DNA of 64,000 nucleotides from Agriterribacter sp. (GTDB lineage Bacteria > Bacteroidota > Bacteroidia > Chitinophagales > Chitinophagaceae): contig JASGIZ010000002.1 of assembly GCA_047601545.1 (NCBI GenBank), positions 1,838,656 through 1,902,655 on the forward strand, written 5' to 3'. The translations under genes were made by a program, and so were the position numbers. Positions 1 through 10,825 of the stretch are shown one piece after another (position 1 is the stretch's first letter; every line of letters starts with the position of its first letter). The notes under the pieces were generated by a model that did not search any database, was not told the DNA's origin, and saw only the letters and a list, made by a program, of their open reading frames with translations.

Positions 1-3000
1 CGTTATTACCAAACCCGCAACTTTAATGTATATTTCAGTCAAAATGGTTTAGCGCTCGGAAAATATGCTGCCCAGTTAGCTGAAAAAGAATTGCCACAGC
101 TGGAAGATTTTGTTGAATACGGTTCACAGCGAAGAATAAATATTGTTGTATACAATAACTTCAACGATCTGCAGCAATCCAATATCGGTTTGGGTATTGA
201 CTGGCAAAACACGGGTGGCGTTACCAAATTTGTGAATAATAAAATGATTGTTTACTTCGATGGCAATCATGAAAATCTGCGAAAGCAAATAAGGCAGGGT
301 ATTGCAAGAACGCTTGTTGAAAATTTATTGTTTGGAGATGACCTTGGCGAATTTGCTAGCAACCAGGCCCTGCTCGACTTACCAAAATGGTTAACCGATG
401 GTTATGTGCTGTATGCTGCTGAAAACTGGAGCCCTGAAATGGATGATAAATTAAAGGCAGCACTTCTTTCCGGAGATTATAAATCATTTTATCAGTTTGC
501 TTTTGATAAACCGGAGCTCGCGGGCCACGCTTTCTGGAGATACATAGCAGACAATTACCGCAAGGATAATGTTACTTATTTCCTGTACCTCGCAAGAATA
601 TATAAAAGCCTGAATGCTGCCAGTATGAAGGTTACCAAGAAGAAGTTTAAAGAGGTGCTTGCCGAATTCATGGATAAGGAGTCAGAAAAATATTACCAGG
701 ATATACGCGGCAGAAAAAATACGCCAAAAGGAAATATTGTTGCGCTTGAAGAAACAGATAAAAATCTTGATTACTACCGCTTTCAATTAAATCCTAATGC
801 AAAGAACAACACTTATGCTGTAGTTCGGTTCAGGAAAGGAATCTACAGAATTGAACTGGAAGATTTTGGATATAAGAGAAAGATACTGCTCCGTTCAGGT
901 GTACTTGATAACCAGAACGAAATCAATCCTACTTATCCTCAAATGGCATGGGACCCTAAAGGTTCAAAGCTGGCGGTGATATATATGGAGAAGAAAAGCA
1001 TCCGCATGTTTGTGTACGACCTGGTAAAGCGGTTAAAAACAACCAGGCAGGCATTGCCGGAAGAGTTGGACCAGGTAACAGATGTGAAGTATATGCTTGA
1101 TGATAATACTCTTTTATTAAGTGCGGTTAAAAACGGGCATACTGATATTTTCATTTATAAAATAAAAGAGCAAACGCTGCAGCAAATAACCGATGATGTG
1201 TATGATGATCTTGATCCTACATTTGTAGCCTTTCCCGGTAAAACAGGTATACTGTTTTCATCAAACCGCCCTTATGGTAATGCGCCCAACAGCGATACGG
1301 CGCTGCCTTCTGATAACAGGTACAATATATTTCTTGTAAATAACTGGAACAGCAGCGAGTTCAGGCAGATTACCCGGCTTACTAATGTAAAACGGGGTAA
1401 TGCCCGCTTCCCTATGCCTTATAACGTTAACCATTTTACTTTCGTAAATGATGAAATGGGTATAGCTAACAGGTATGCAGGATTTTTCACCAGTAAAAAA
1501 GCAGGATTAGATACTATATATAAAGTTGGTGATGAATTGCTGCGCAATCCTGATAAACAGGAGCTTGATTCAACATTGCAATTATGGAATAAAAGTGAAC
1601 CCGATTCCATTGGCTATATGACGGTAACTACTGATTCTGCCTATTCCTTTCCCATAACAAATTATCAAAGCGGTTTACAGGAAACGAGGATAGCTGGTGA
1701 TAAAGGCCAGGTTTCTGAAGTAAGGCAGGAAGGGAATTTAAAAATGTTATACAAGCTCAGGGTAAATGAAGATGCGCTTAAGAAAAGAAATGTAAATGTT
1801 AAACCTACAGAATTTATAAAAAGGGCGATAGACCAGGAACGGATAGTTAAAGGTGTTCCTACAATTTATCAACCACAGATTAATACAGATACAACACAAG
1901 CGAAGGGAGATATATTTCAGAGCGAATTTGAGAACGACAAAGATACTTCCGCAGCAGGTAAAGTTGTAGAAATAGAAGAAATGGAGAAGGATGAAACAGT
2001 GCTTTCAGATGCCAAATTATACGATTACCGTTTAAAGTTTTCTACTGAATATTCTGTATCAGGCTTTAATAACTCCGTGTTGATGACGCGCTGGCAGCCC
2101 TATGGGGGAGGTAACGGACCTATTTATATGACTAATGGGAACTCAAACCTGAATGGTATAATCCGTATTGGTGTTTCCGACCTTTTTGAAGATATTAAGT
2201 TCATCGGCGGCTTCAGGCTGGGTTTGAATCTTGCCGATAAAGATGTGCTGTTCAGTTTCCACAATATGCGCAGGAGATTGGATTGGGGCTTAACGTTCTA
2301 CCGTTCAACCGTAAGCCGGTTTCAATTATTTGAGCCTGATGATGACAGGTATCAATATACAGATTTCAATAAATTGTTTACTAATATCTATCAGATTAAT
2401 TTAGGTTATCCCTTGGATAGAGTGAGAAGTATAAGAGCTAACATAGCTTACAGAAGTGACAGGCTTGCCATAAAAAGCATTGACTTCCAATCTGCCAAAT
2501 GGGGCGATTCATTAATGAAATCTCTTCTTACACATATCGAATATGTGCATGATAATACCATTAATCCTGCGTTGAACATATGGAATGGCTTACGCTATAA
2601 AATATATACTGATATTAATACTGATCTTGTTAAACAAAAGCAGGGCAAGCTTACCTATAATTTAGGTGCGGATATAAGATATTATTACCCGATATACCGC
2701 AACTTTATCTGGGCTGGCCGCGGAGCGGTTGATATGTCGTGGGGAGACAGAAAGATTGTTTACTTTTTAGGAGGTACTGATAGCTGGATATCGCCTAAAT
2801 TCAGTGCTTCTCCAAAACCCGACGATGATCAGACTTATGCATATCAATCTTTGGCTGTTAATATGCGTGGCTATCGTCAAAATGCTGCAAATGGCAATAA
2901 TGCTATTGTTTTGAACAGCGAATTCAGGTTGCCGGTGTTTACAACGTTATTAAGCAGGCCAATCAACAATGCGTTTGTAAGAAATTTCCAGGTTATACAG

Positions 3001-3267
3001 TTTGTTGATTTAGGGTCGGCATGGAATGGAAAATATAGTGCGTTAAAACGCCCAACTTCAGTTTATCGTAATGAGGATGTTGATGATGGAGGCGCTGTAA
3101 TTGTACAATTGAAAACACCTGGTGTGGGACCTTTTGCAGGTGGTTATGGTTTTGGAGCAAGAAGTACATTGCTGGGTTACTTTCTCAGGCTTGATGCAGG
3201 TTGGCCAATGACAGGCTTCTTTAAAGGAAAACCAATTTGGTATTTTTCATTAGGATTAGACTTTTAG
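1..3267 (+). CDS. Large outer-membrane protein (5'-partial): peptidase-MA-like N-terminus, TolB/PD40-like propeller region, C-terminal Omp85/BamA-TamA-like beta-barrel
   Basis: Frame is open from base 1 (RYYQTRNFNVYF...), so the true start lies upstream of the window. The C-terminus has alternating barrel strands and ends WYFSLGLDF (terminal Phe). Confidence 0.7.
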   Translation, partial: RYYQTRNFNVYFSQNGLALGKYAAQLAEKELPQLEDFVEYGSQRRINIVVYNNFNDLQQSNIGLGIDWQNTGGVTKFVNNKMIVYFDGNHENLRKQIRQGIARTLVENLLFGDDLGEFASNQALLDLPKWLTDGYVLYAAENWSPEMDDKLKAALLSGDYKSFYQFAFDKPELAGHAFWRYIADNYRKDNVTYFLYLARIYKSLNAASMKVTKKKFKEVLAEFMDKESEKYYQDIRGRKNTPKGNIVALEETDKNLDYYRFQLNPNAKNNTYAVVRFRKGIYRIELEDFGYKRKILLRSGVLDNQNEINPTYPQMAWDPKGSKLAVIYMEKKSIRMFVYDLVKRLKTTRQALPEELDQVTDVKYMLDDNTLLLSAVKNGHTDIFIYKIKEQTLQQITDDVYDDLDPTFVAFPGKTGILFSSNRPYGNAPNSDTALPSDNRYNIFLVNNWNSSEFRQITRLTNVKRGNARFPMPYNVNHFTFVNDEMGIANRYAGFFTSKKAGLDTIYKVGDELLRNPDKQELDSTLQLWNKSEPDSIGYMTVTTDSAYSFPITNYQSGLQETRIAGDKGQVSEVRQEGNLKMLYKLRVNEDALKKRNVNVKPTEFIKRAIDQERIVKGVPTIYQPQINTDTTQAKGDIFQSEFENDKDTSAAGKVVEIEEMEKDETVLSDAKLYDYRLKFSTEYSVSGFNNSVLMTRWQPYGGGNGPIYMTNGNSNLNGIIRIGVSDLFEDIKFIGGFRLGLNLADKDVLFSFHNMRRRLDWGLTFYRSTVSRFQLFEPDDDRYQYTDFNKLFTNIYQINLGYPLDRVRSIRANIAYRSDRLAIKSIDFQSAKWGDSLMKSLLTHIEYVHDNTINPALNIWNGLRYKIYTDINTDLVKQKQGKLTYNLGADIRYYYPIYRNFIWAGRGAVDMSWGDRKIVYFLGGTDSWISPKFSASPKPDDDQTYAYQSLAVNMRGYRQNAANGNNAIVLNSEFRLPVFTTLLSRPINNAFVRNFQVIQFVDLGSAWNGKYSALKRPTSVYRNEDVDDGGAVIVQLKTPGVGPFAGGYGFGARSTLLGYFLRLDAGWPMTGFFKGKPIWYFSLGLDF

Positions 3268-3270
3268 ATG

Positions 3271-3317
3271 AGGTGGAGGATATAGGGTAAAAGGTGTAAG
3301 CCTTCTATCCTCCACCT
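3271..3317. terminator. Inverted repeat between convergent genes, probable bidirectional terminator or short-unit hairpin repeat
   Basis: 12-bp perfect arms AGGTGGAGGATA / TATCCTCCACCT. Confidence 0.5.
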
Positions 3318-3323
3318 TCCACC

Positions 3324-3971
3324 CTACCCCTCCCTCATTGCCTGCTTCAACTGCCTGATAGTATAATAACAGATGATCATTAATGCAGAAAACAAACATG
3401 TTACTCCCCAGGTACGCATATTATCTTTGGGGTTAAGCGCGATATGCTTTACATCCCTGTAAATTTCATGAGGATTGGCAACCACATCCCAACTGTTCCA
3501 ACGCAGGTATCTTCCTGCATATACACCAAATGCACATAACACCAGCGACGTATATACCATAACATTTACCTGCTTTCTGCTGAATTTTGTCAACAGGAAT
3601 TTTTCAATGTTCAGCAATGAAACAAAGCCCAGTATCAACCCGTTCCATGCGGCCCAGAAAATAATAACGAGATCATACCAGAATGGTACAGGAGGTGTAT
3701 GATCAAGATGAACAAAATCTGTAATAATATATGGTGCATTGGGAAAGAAAACCAGCCATGCGGCAAGCAGAAGGTATTGCGCCCATTTGACGCTGTTGTT
3801 TTTTTTCAACAATATTATACTGAATACAAAAGGGATAAACGCAAGGAACATATTCCATACAAGCGACGCAAACCGCCAGTTGCCTGTATATACTATGCGC
3901 ATGGCAATAAGTAATACCGTGCATAAAAGCGATAGGTATAAAATGCTGTTGACGGATGACTTCTTTTTCAT
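3324..3971 (-). CDS. DUF1361 family membrane protein
   Basis: Motifs WNMFLAFIP, FFPNAPYIITD, GRYLRWNSWD; several TM helices. Confidence 0.85.
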   Translation of the reverse strand: MKKKSSVNSILYLSLLCTVLLIAMRIVYTGNWRFASLVWNMFLAFIPFVFSIILLKKNNSVKWAQYLLLAAWLVFFPNAPYIITDFVHLDHTPPVPFWYDLVIIFWAAWNGLILGFVSLLNIEKFLLTKFSRKQVNVMVYTSLVLCAFGVYAGRYLRWNSWDVVANPHEIYRDVKHIALNPKDNMRTWGVTCLFSALMIICYYTIRQLKQAMREG

Positions 3972-3972
3972 A

Positions 3973-4329
3973 TTACTGTAGTTGAATAAAAATTTTGGGC
4001 AAAAAAATAATAAGTCCGATAATCAGGCTAACAACGGCTGACACTAACACTGCTCCTGCGGCAGTGTCTTTTATAATTTTTATGGCAGGATGAAAATTGG
4101 GCTCTACCATATCGCAAAGTTTTTCAATGGATGCGTTGATCATTTCAAGTGATATTACCATTGCAATGCAAAGGAGCACTGCTATCCATTCGGTGTTAGA
4201 AATGTGCAGCGTAAAACCTGTAGCTATGGCAACGGCAGCAAAACATAACTCCAGCTTGCCATTGGTGTCGCTGCTGAAAAAAGTATATACTCCCCGGAAG
4301 GCATATGTAAAAGCTTTAAATAGTTTCAT
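3973..4329 (-). CDS. dgkA: Diacylglycerol/undecaprenol kinase (DgkA family)
   Basis: ISLEMINASIEKLCD...IKDTAAGAVL pattern; three TM helices. Confidence 0.9.
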   Translation of the reverse strand: MKLFKAFTYAFRGVYTFFSSDTNGKLELCFAAVAIATGFTLHISNTEWIAVLLCIAMVISLEMINASIEKLCDMVEPNFHPAIKIIKDTAAGAVLVSAVVSLIIGLIIFLPKIFIQLQ

Positions 4330-4344
4330 AACGTTATTGTTATA

Positions 4345-5775
4345 TCAGGTGAATGCAGGCTGTTCTTTTAATGATGTATTTACCTGTAGCAGGTTATCGT
4401 CAACAGGTTTTTTTTGATAATTCACTTTTGAAAGAACAGTTTCCAGTACCGGTAAAATATTATTCAAACCCTTTGTTTTGATGATGAAATTCCAAACAGG
4501 TTCAAACTTTTTCCAACCGGCTGCATATGCAAAATGTTTGAGCATATGCTTTGGATGTTTATGCTGCATACCTGCCTTGAATATATTACTCCACGAGTAA
4601 AAGGATTTATAAGCATAATCATAGCCTTTCTTTAGTGCATGCTCATTCAACCCCCTTGTTTTGTATACAACATTTCTCGTGTCATACAAATCCCAATTGC
4701 TGTGCAGTATTCTTCCCTGCTGTTGCATTTCTTTATATAAACCCGTGCCGGGATAGGGAGTGAGTATATGAAATGTACAGGTGGTGAGGGCGTTGTTAAC
4801 CGCCCATTCCACCGTCCTGTCAAATACATCTTCATCATCTTCGTCTAACCCAAAAACAAAACTGCCATTAATCATTATACCAAGACTGTGAAGCCGCCTG
4901 ATGGCTTCATTATAATCCCTGCCAAGGTTTTGTTTTTTATTACTCTGCATAAGGTTTTTATTGCTCAGCGTTTCAAACCCGATAAACACACTCCGCATAC
5001 CTGCTTCCGCAGCTTTTTCAATAAGGTTACCACGCAATATGGCGTCAACAGTTGATGCCCCCTGGAATACACGGTTCATTCCTTTCATTCCCTCAAAAAG
5101 GTTCAGTGCAAATTTTTGATTGCCGAATAAGTGATCATCAAGGAAGTATAAATGCCTTCCCGGAAGTCTGTCTATTTCAGCCAAGGCATCATCAGCTTTT
5201 TGTGTGTAAAATGATTTGCCGCCTTCAAAGAAAGCATCCTTATAACAAAAGCTGCAATGGTGCGGGCAACCCCTTGTAACAACTATTGAGTTAGGAACGA
5301 GATAGTAATTCCTCCTGATCAAATCTCTTCTTATTGGAGGAACCTGTTCAATGCTTCTTTCAAATGAAACATACTTTTTGCGCGGTTGTTTATTTCTGAA
5401 ATCATTCAGAAATTTTGGAAAGGTTTCTTCACCGGGGCCAATAAAAATACTATCTGCATGAGGCGCGGCTTCTTCAGGTAATGAAGTTACGTGCAGGCCA
5501 CCCAAACAAACATAGCTTCCTTTCATTCTGTAATGATCAGCCAGCTTGTAGGCCCTGAATGCATTGGTAATATACACCTGTATAATTACAAGGTCGGGTG
5601 AGTCATCTGTATTTAATTCTTCCACATGCTCATCCTGCAGATCAATCTCATCATCGGCACTGCAATATGCAGCCAGTGTTGCAAGCCCTAAAGGGGGAAA
5701 CAACGAATATTTTATCGGTCGCCAGTATGGGCTCTTTGCTTCTGTAAGTGCCGGTAATATCATTTTTATTTTCAT
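4345..5775 (-). CDS. B12-binding-domain radical SAM protein
   Basis: N-terminal PPLGLATLAA...GGLHVT cobalamin-binding region and CxxxCxxC (CPHHCSFC). Confidence 0.9.
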   Translation of the reverse strand: MKIKMILPALTEAKSPYWRPIKYSLFPPLGLATLAAYCSADDEIDLQDEHVEELNTDDSPDLVIIQVYITNAFRAYKLADHYRMKGSYVCLGGLHVTSLPEEAAPHADSIFIGPGEETFPKFLNDFRNKQPRKKYVSFERSIEQVPPIRRDLIRRNYYLVPNSIVVTRGCPHHCSFCYKDAFFEGGKSFYTQKADDALAEIDRLPGRHLYFLDDHLFGNQKFALNLFEGMKGMNRVFQGASTVDAILRGNLIEKAAEAGMRSVFIGFETLSNKNLMQSNKKQNLGRDYNEAIRRLHSLGIMINGSFVFGLDEDDEDVFDRTVEWAVNNALTTCTFHILTPYPGTGLYKEMQQQGRILHSNWDLYDTRNVVYKTRGLNEHALKKGYDYAYKSFYSWSNIFKAGMQHKHPKHMLKHFAYAAGWKKFEPVWNFIIKTKGLNNILPVLETVLSKVNYQKKPVDDNLLQVNTSLKEQPAFT

Positions 5776-5864
5776 GTTGTTTTATTTTTATCCTCACTAT
5801 AACCCCGCTCCAACCAGGGCAGGGTTATAACCACAACTACTGTGAGGATTAATTTTATATACTG

Positions 5865-7223
5865 TTATGATAATGCAATATTTGCTTTTGCCGGGATGAC
5901 ATTCTTACCATACCAGTCAATTTTTCTTGAGTAATACATGATGATGGCAATGAGTATGAACAATCCTATACTTCCGAACAATAATGCGCCATCCTGTAAT
6001 TGTATCAGGATAAATATGAAGCTGTATAACATTGCGAGCAATCCACCGAAGAGTAATGCTATTTTCCATTTGCCAAACAGGCTTTTTGTATATAGCGTTA
6101 TCAATAATACGGTTGCTGTTGTTGCAATAGCATACGCGATATTAAAGCGAACATATTCTGAAATTGATAAGAGTAATGTGTAAAATATGCTCAACGCCAG
6201 TCCTATTAATACATATTGTACAGGGTGAACTGCCGTTTTCTGTAATATTTCCACAAAGAAGTATAACCCGAATGTGAGTGCTATAAACAATATAGCATAT
6301 TTAACCGAGCGCATTGTTTTGGAATAAGAGTCTACAGGTTGTAATAAAGTGATGCCGAAATCAGAAGCAGCAATATCGTATTTTTCGTTTTTCCAGCTTT
6401 GCGGATAGTTCCTGTTCAGGTGTTGGATTTTCCAGTCTGCGGTAAATCCTTTAGCTGTAATAACAGGAGTTGTGAGTGGAAGAAAGCTGCCATCAAACGA
6501 GGGATTTGTCCACGGTGAAGAAAAATGTACTTCTGTGGTCTTGCCAACAGGCGTAAATGATAATCTTTCTGACCCGCGTATACGCAATTGTATGGTAAAG
6601 CTGTTAGTCTTTGCAGCAGCATCTTCATTAAGATTAATGCCTGTATTTACACCATTTGCAATAACAGCATTATCGGGAACACCTGCATTAAAAGTATAAC
6701 TGCTGTCGTTCCACTGAATATTTAATTGCTCTTCAATTCCCCTGAAATCATCAATACCCATGCAGATAAAAGCCCTGTCTGTATGAAGATCAGTTTTGGC
6801 AATATTGAGTTTACCTGTATTCAGTGGCGCAAAATCTCCCTGAATAATAATGTCTGATTTATATACCGCGATATTGAATATGCTTCGATGCCGTATTTCG
6901 GGTTGCAGCTTACCGTTAATAGTTAAATGTTCTGGTAAGAAGTACGCAAATTTTTCAAATACATTTACTTTACCATCTTTATCCTGTACAGATTCACTGT
7001 AGGGAATAACCAGCAGCGGGCCCGTAATGGTTTGAGCGCCTGCCCATTTAGAACTCACCTCTCTTGCAACTTCGCGTTGCCTGTCTGACCTTTCGCTCAC
7101 CAGGTTCATGATGAATGCTGAAGGAATAAGCATAACAAGGATGAGAAAACCTACAATCACCCCTTTTATAGTATACCTGTTCCTGTGTAAAAAATTGTCT
7201 TCCTGAGTTTTGTTTTGCATCAT
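5865..7223 (-). CDS. creD: Cell envelope integrity protein CreD
   Basis: WAGAQTITGP, PSFDGSFLP, VHPVQYVLIGLAL, LLFGSIGLF motifs. Confidence 0.92.
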   Translation of the reverse strand: MMQNKTQEDNFLHRNRYTIKGVIVGFLILVMLIPSAFIMNLVSERSDRQREVAREVSSKWAGAQTITGPLLVIPYSESVQDKDGKVNVFEKFAYFLPEHLTINGKLQPEIRHRSIFNIAVYKSDIIIQGDFAPLNTGKLNIAKTDLHTDRAFICMGIDDFRGIEEQLNIQWNDSSYTFNAGVPDNAVIANGVNTGINLNEDAAAKTNSFTIQLRIRGSERLSFTPVGKTTEVHFSSPWTNPSFDGSFLPLTTPVITAKGFTADWKIQHLNRNYPQSWKNEKYDIAASDFGITLLQPVDSYSKTMRSVKYAILFIALTFGLYFFVEILQKTAVHPVQYVLIGLALSIFYTLLLSISEYVRFNIAYAIATTATVLLITLYTKSLFGKWKIALLFGGLLAMLYSFIFILIQLQDGALLFGSIGLFILIAIIMYYSRKIDWYGKNVIPAKANIALS

Positions 7224-7240
7224 AGTATTTGTTTTAAAAG

Positions 7241-7259
7241 TGCTTTGAATTTCAAAGTA
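7241..7259. promoter_or_regulatory. Palindromic operator upstream of creD
   Basis: TGCTTTGA-ATT-TCAAAGTA; near-identical copy at 8317-8335. Confidence 0.65.
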
Positions 7260-7275
7260 TATAATTAAAAAAATT

Positions 7276-7575
7276 TTACCCTAACGATTTTATCATTGCT
7301 TCCAACCCGTCAAGATGTGATTTAAATGCTTTTTCACCTGCTTTTGTTACGGAGTATGTAGTATTTGTTTTTCTGCCGATAAAACCTTTCTGCACTTTTA
7401 TATAGCCGTTCTCTTCCAGGTTTTTGAGATGGGATGCAAGATTGCCATCCGTTACATCCACAATTTCTTTAAGCTGGTTAAAGTTAAGTTCCTCGTTCAC
7501 CATAAGCGAACTCATAATGCCCAACCTTATCCGGCTGTCGAATACTTTATTTAGATTTTCTATCGGATTCTTCAT
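7276..7575 (-). CDS. Winged-helix (ArsR/MarR-like, HTH_34) transcriptional regulator
   Basis: SRIRLGIMSSL, TDGNLASHLKNLEENGYI, GRKTNTTY. Confidence 0.88.
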   Translation of the reverse strand: MKNPIENLNKVFDSRIRLGIMSSLMVNEELNFNQLKEIVDVTDGNLASHLKNLEENGYIKVQKGFIGRKTNTTYSVTKAGEKAFKSHLDGLEAMIKSLG

Positions 7576-7586
7576 TTGTTTGTTTT

Positions 7587-7668
7587 AGCTGTCGGCTGTC
7601 AGCTGTCAGCTATCAGCAGCATATGTTGTCCATACCTGACCCCTGATAGCTGAAGGCTGACAGCTAAC
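7587..7668. repeat. Hairpin built from tandem 7-mer units (RGCTRTC)n
   Basis: AGCTGTC GGCTGTC AGCTGTC AGCTATC ... CTGATAGC TGAAGGC TGACAGC; arms are mutually inverted. Confidence 0.75.
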
Positions 7669-7669
7669 T

Positions 7670-8311
7670 CTACACCGTTCTTTCATGCTTCCACCACATC
7701 ATTGCGCCGTATACTATATGCAGCACACCAAAACCTATTGTCCAAAAATATAAACCATATCCCAAAAACCAGCAATTGATCAGCCCTAATATTACTTCAC
7801 AGTAGCCCAGGTATCTGACTTCACCCAAAGTATACTTGCCTGCGTTGATCAATGCAATGCCATAAAATATTAAACAGCCCGGTGCTATCATACCAAAATA
7901 ACCCAATTGTATCATGCGCAGTAAAAAAATGCCCCCCGCCATCAAAGGGAAAGCTACATTCCATACTAATCTTTTGGAAGAAGTTCCCCAGATGGGTACG
8001 TTATTTTTTTTGCTTTTTATCCAGGTAAAAATTAATGCCAGTATAAATGCGGCAATCAAAGTAAACAATGCAATGCGGAATAATTTATATCCCATAAATT
8101 GTTTCAATGAAATGATATCAGGATGATAGTTATCATAATCTCTATGTACGCTGCTGTTGCTTATTATGTCAAATGCAAACCAGGCGCCAATTAAAGCGCA
8201 TACGCCTGCCGCAATACCGCTTAAACCACTTAAACTGATAAAACGGCTGCTGCGTTCCATCATCTGTTTAATATCTTTTAGCGTGTCTAAACCCGTATTT
8301 CTGTCTGACAT
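7670..8311 (-). CDS. Conserved Bacteroidota membrane protein (first gene of the creD operon)
   Basis: IKQMMERSSRFISLSGLSGIAAG N-terminus, about six TM helices. Confidence 0.75.
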   Translation of the reverse strand: MSDRNTGLDTLKDIKQMMERSSRFISLSGLSGIAAGVCALIGAWFAFDIISNSSVHRDYDNYHPDIISLKQFMGYKLFRIALFTLIAAFILALIFTWIKSKKNNVPIWGTSSKRLVWNVAFPLMAGGIFLLRMIQLGYFGMIAPGCLIFYGIALINAGKYTLGEVRYLGYCEVILGLINCWFLGYGLYFWTIGFGVLHIVYGAMMWWKHERTV

Positions 8312-8316
8312 AAAAG

Positions 8317-8335
8317 TACTTTGAAAATCAAAGTA
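8317..8335. promoter_or_regulatory. Palindromic operator upstream of the membrane protein gene
   Basis: TACTTTGA-AAA-TCAAAGTA, perfect 8-bp arms, 6 bp before the ATG. Confidence 0.65.
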
Positions 8336-8503
8336 AGTATTAAAATTCTATCTATGCAAGTTTTTTCGATAGATTTTTTTGAAAAATATATATGTAATAA
8401 AACTGAGATAACTTTGAGTTAATTCATTAGCGGTTATTATAAAAACTAAAAATATACAGCTCTTGCAACATCAAAAACTTTCATTCGCCATTGGTCTTCG
8501 GCC

Positions 8504-9397
8504 CTAATTTGCATTCCGGTATTCGTTAGGGGTTACACCAACCTTTTGCCTGAACAAACGGGTAAAATGCTGCGGGTATTTAAAACCCATTTCAAACGCA
8601 ATCTCATTAATGGTTTTACTATTGTCAAAAACCTTGTTTTTAGCAACATCAATAATTTTGTTCTGAATATATTCCTGTGCAGATCTCCCGGTCTCTTTCT
8701 TAATTAAATCCCCGAAATAATTAGCGGATAAGTTCAATGCATCAGCACAATAAGCAACGGAAGGCAACCCGGTCTGCTGAGGTTTGTCAGCAGCGAAATA
8801 ACTGGTCAACAGCTCTTCAAATTTCTCCAATACACCCCTGTTAACGTTTTCGCGGGTAATGAATTGCCTGTCATAAAACCGGGTGCAATAGTTCAATAAC
8901 AGCTCGATGTTGGAAGCAATAAGTGTTTTACTGTGCTTGTCTATAGACTGGGTCAATTCATACGTGATCTTATCAAAGCATTCCAGTATCATTTTCTTCT
9001 CCCGTTCTGACAGGTGGAGCGCTTCATTGGTATAATAAGAAAAATAGCCGAATTCCTTCATCCGTTTTCCAAGTGGTGTATTATGTAGCAGGTCCGGGTG
9101 AAAAGTGAGCGCAATTCCTGTTGGTTGATATACTTCAGGGTTTGTTACGTCTATTACCTGCCCCGGGGCAAAAAATACGAGAGTGCCTTCCTGGTAGTCA
9201 TAATAACTGTTGCCATACCGGATGTCGCCGCATTTTACATGCTTCAGCACAATACAAAAAATATTGAAGGTCATTCTGTGACCTGATCTCGGATCAGCCC
9301 TGGAGATATCTACTATGCTCACCAGGGGATGTAAAGTTGGGTTATTGTTGAATACATTATAGTCATGAACCGTATTGAAAATAATAGCTCTTTCCAT
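8504..9397 (-). CDS. AraC family transcriptional regulator
   Basis: C-terminal double HTH (ANYFGDLIKKETG; GFKYPQHFTRLFRQKVGVTPNEYR). Start chosen at MERAIIF; track starts at 9427. Confidence 0.92.
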   Translation of the reverse strand: MERAIIFNTVHDYNVFNNNPTLHPLVSIVDISRADPRSGHRMTFNIFCIVLKHVKCGDIRYGNSYYDYQEGTLVFFAPGQVIDVTNPEVYQPTGIALTFHPDLLHNTPLGKRMKEFGYFSYYTNEALHLSEREKKMILECFDKITYELTQSIDKHSKTLIASNIELLLNYCTRFYDRQFITRENVNRGVLEKFEELLTSYFAADKPQQTGLPSVAYCADALNLSANYFGDLIKKETGRSAQEYIQNKIIDVAKNKVFDNSKTINEIAFEMGFKYPQHFTRLFRQKVGVTPNEYRNAN

Positions 9398-9551
9398 GTC
9401 CTTGTTTTCTGGTGCAAAATTACACACTCCCGGATAACAGCGGCTTTTCCATGTATTTGATCAGTAATAATGGTAACAAAAACAGTGATCTGTATACCAG
9501 CAGGCTCATTTTCAGATCTGAAATTTGCAGTACCATATCAAAAAGGATAAA

Positions 9552-10373
<822 letters not shown>

Positions 10374-10825
10374 TGGCACAGTGTATTTCTATACAGGGTT
10401 ACCAAAATAAACGTACAAGCCAGGGGATTTCTTTTTTAAAGTAATGTTATACCCAAAAAGATAATGTCATTTAGTTGAACGCTAAGAGAAGTTTTTATAT
10501 TTAAAAGCGTTCGATATTTTGCTTTGGTGCTGAGATTAAAACCAACACACTTCCGCCGTATTTGCGAACCCGCCTGCATGAAGACCTGAGATGAATGAAA
10601 GTAACGGAGGGTAAACCGATTTCTCAAGAATTCAAAAGCAGAGATGACTTCTCCCGACGCCGGTTGGGGTAGCCGGCGGCATTGCCGAAACTCAGGAAAT
10701 GTTAAAACCTGCAACTCATTCTTCTTATCGTTTTTTTGCTTCCACCTTTTTCCATGTCTTTAAAGTAAAAACGAAGGTCATCCGTCAACATAATAAAGCA
10801 TTTGTAAACAATAAAAATTTATACA

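Noticed and set aside
10520-10620. TPP or cobalamin riboswitch, 6S RNA, tmRNA or RNase P
   Set aside because: Only isolated words match (GCTGAGA, GAAGACCTG); core motifs and expected gene context are missing.
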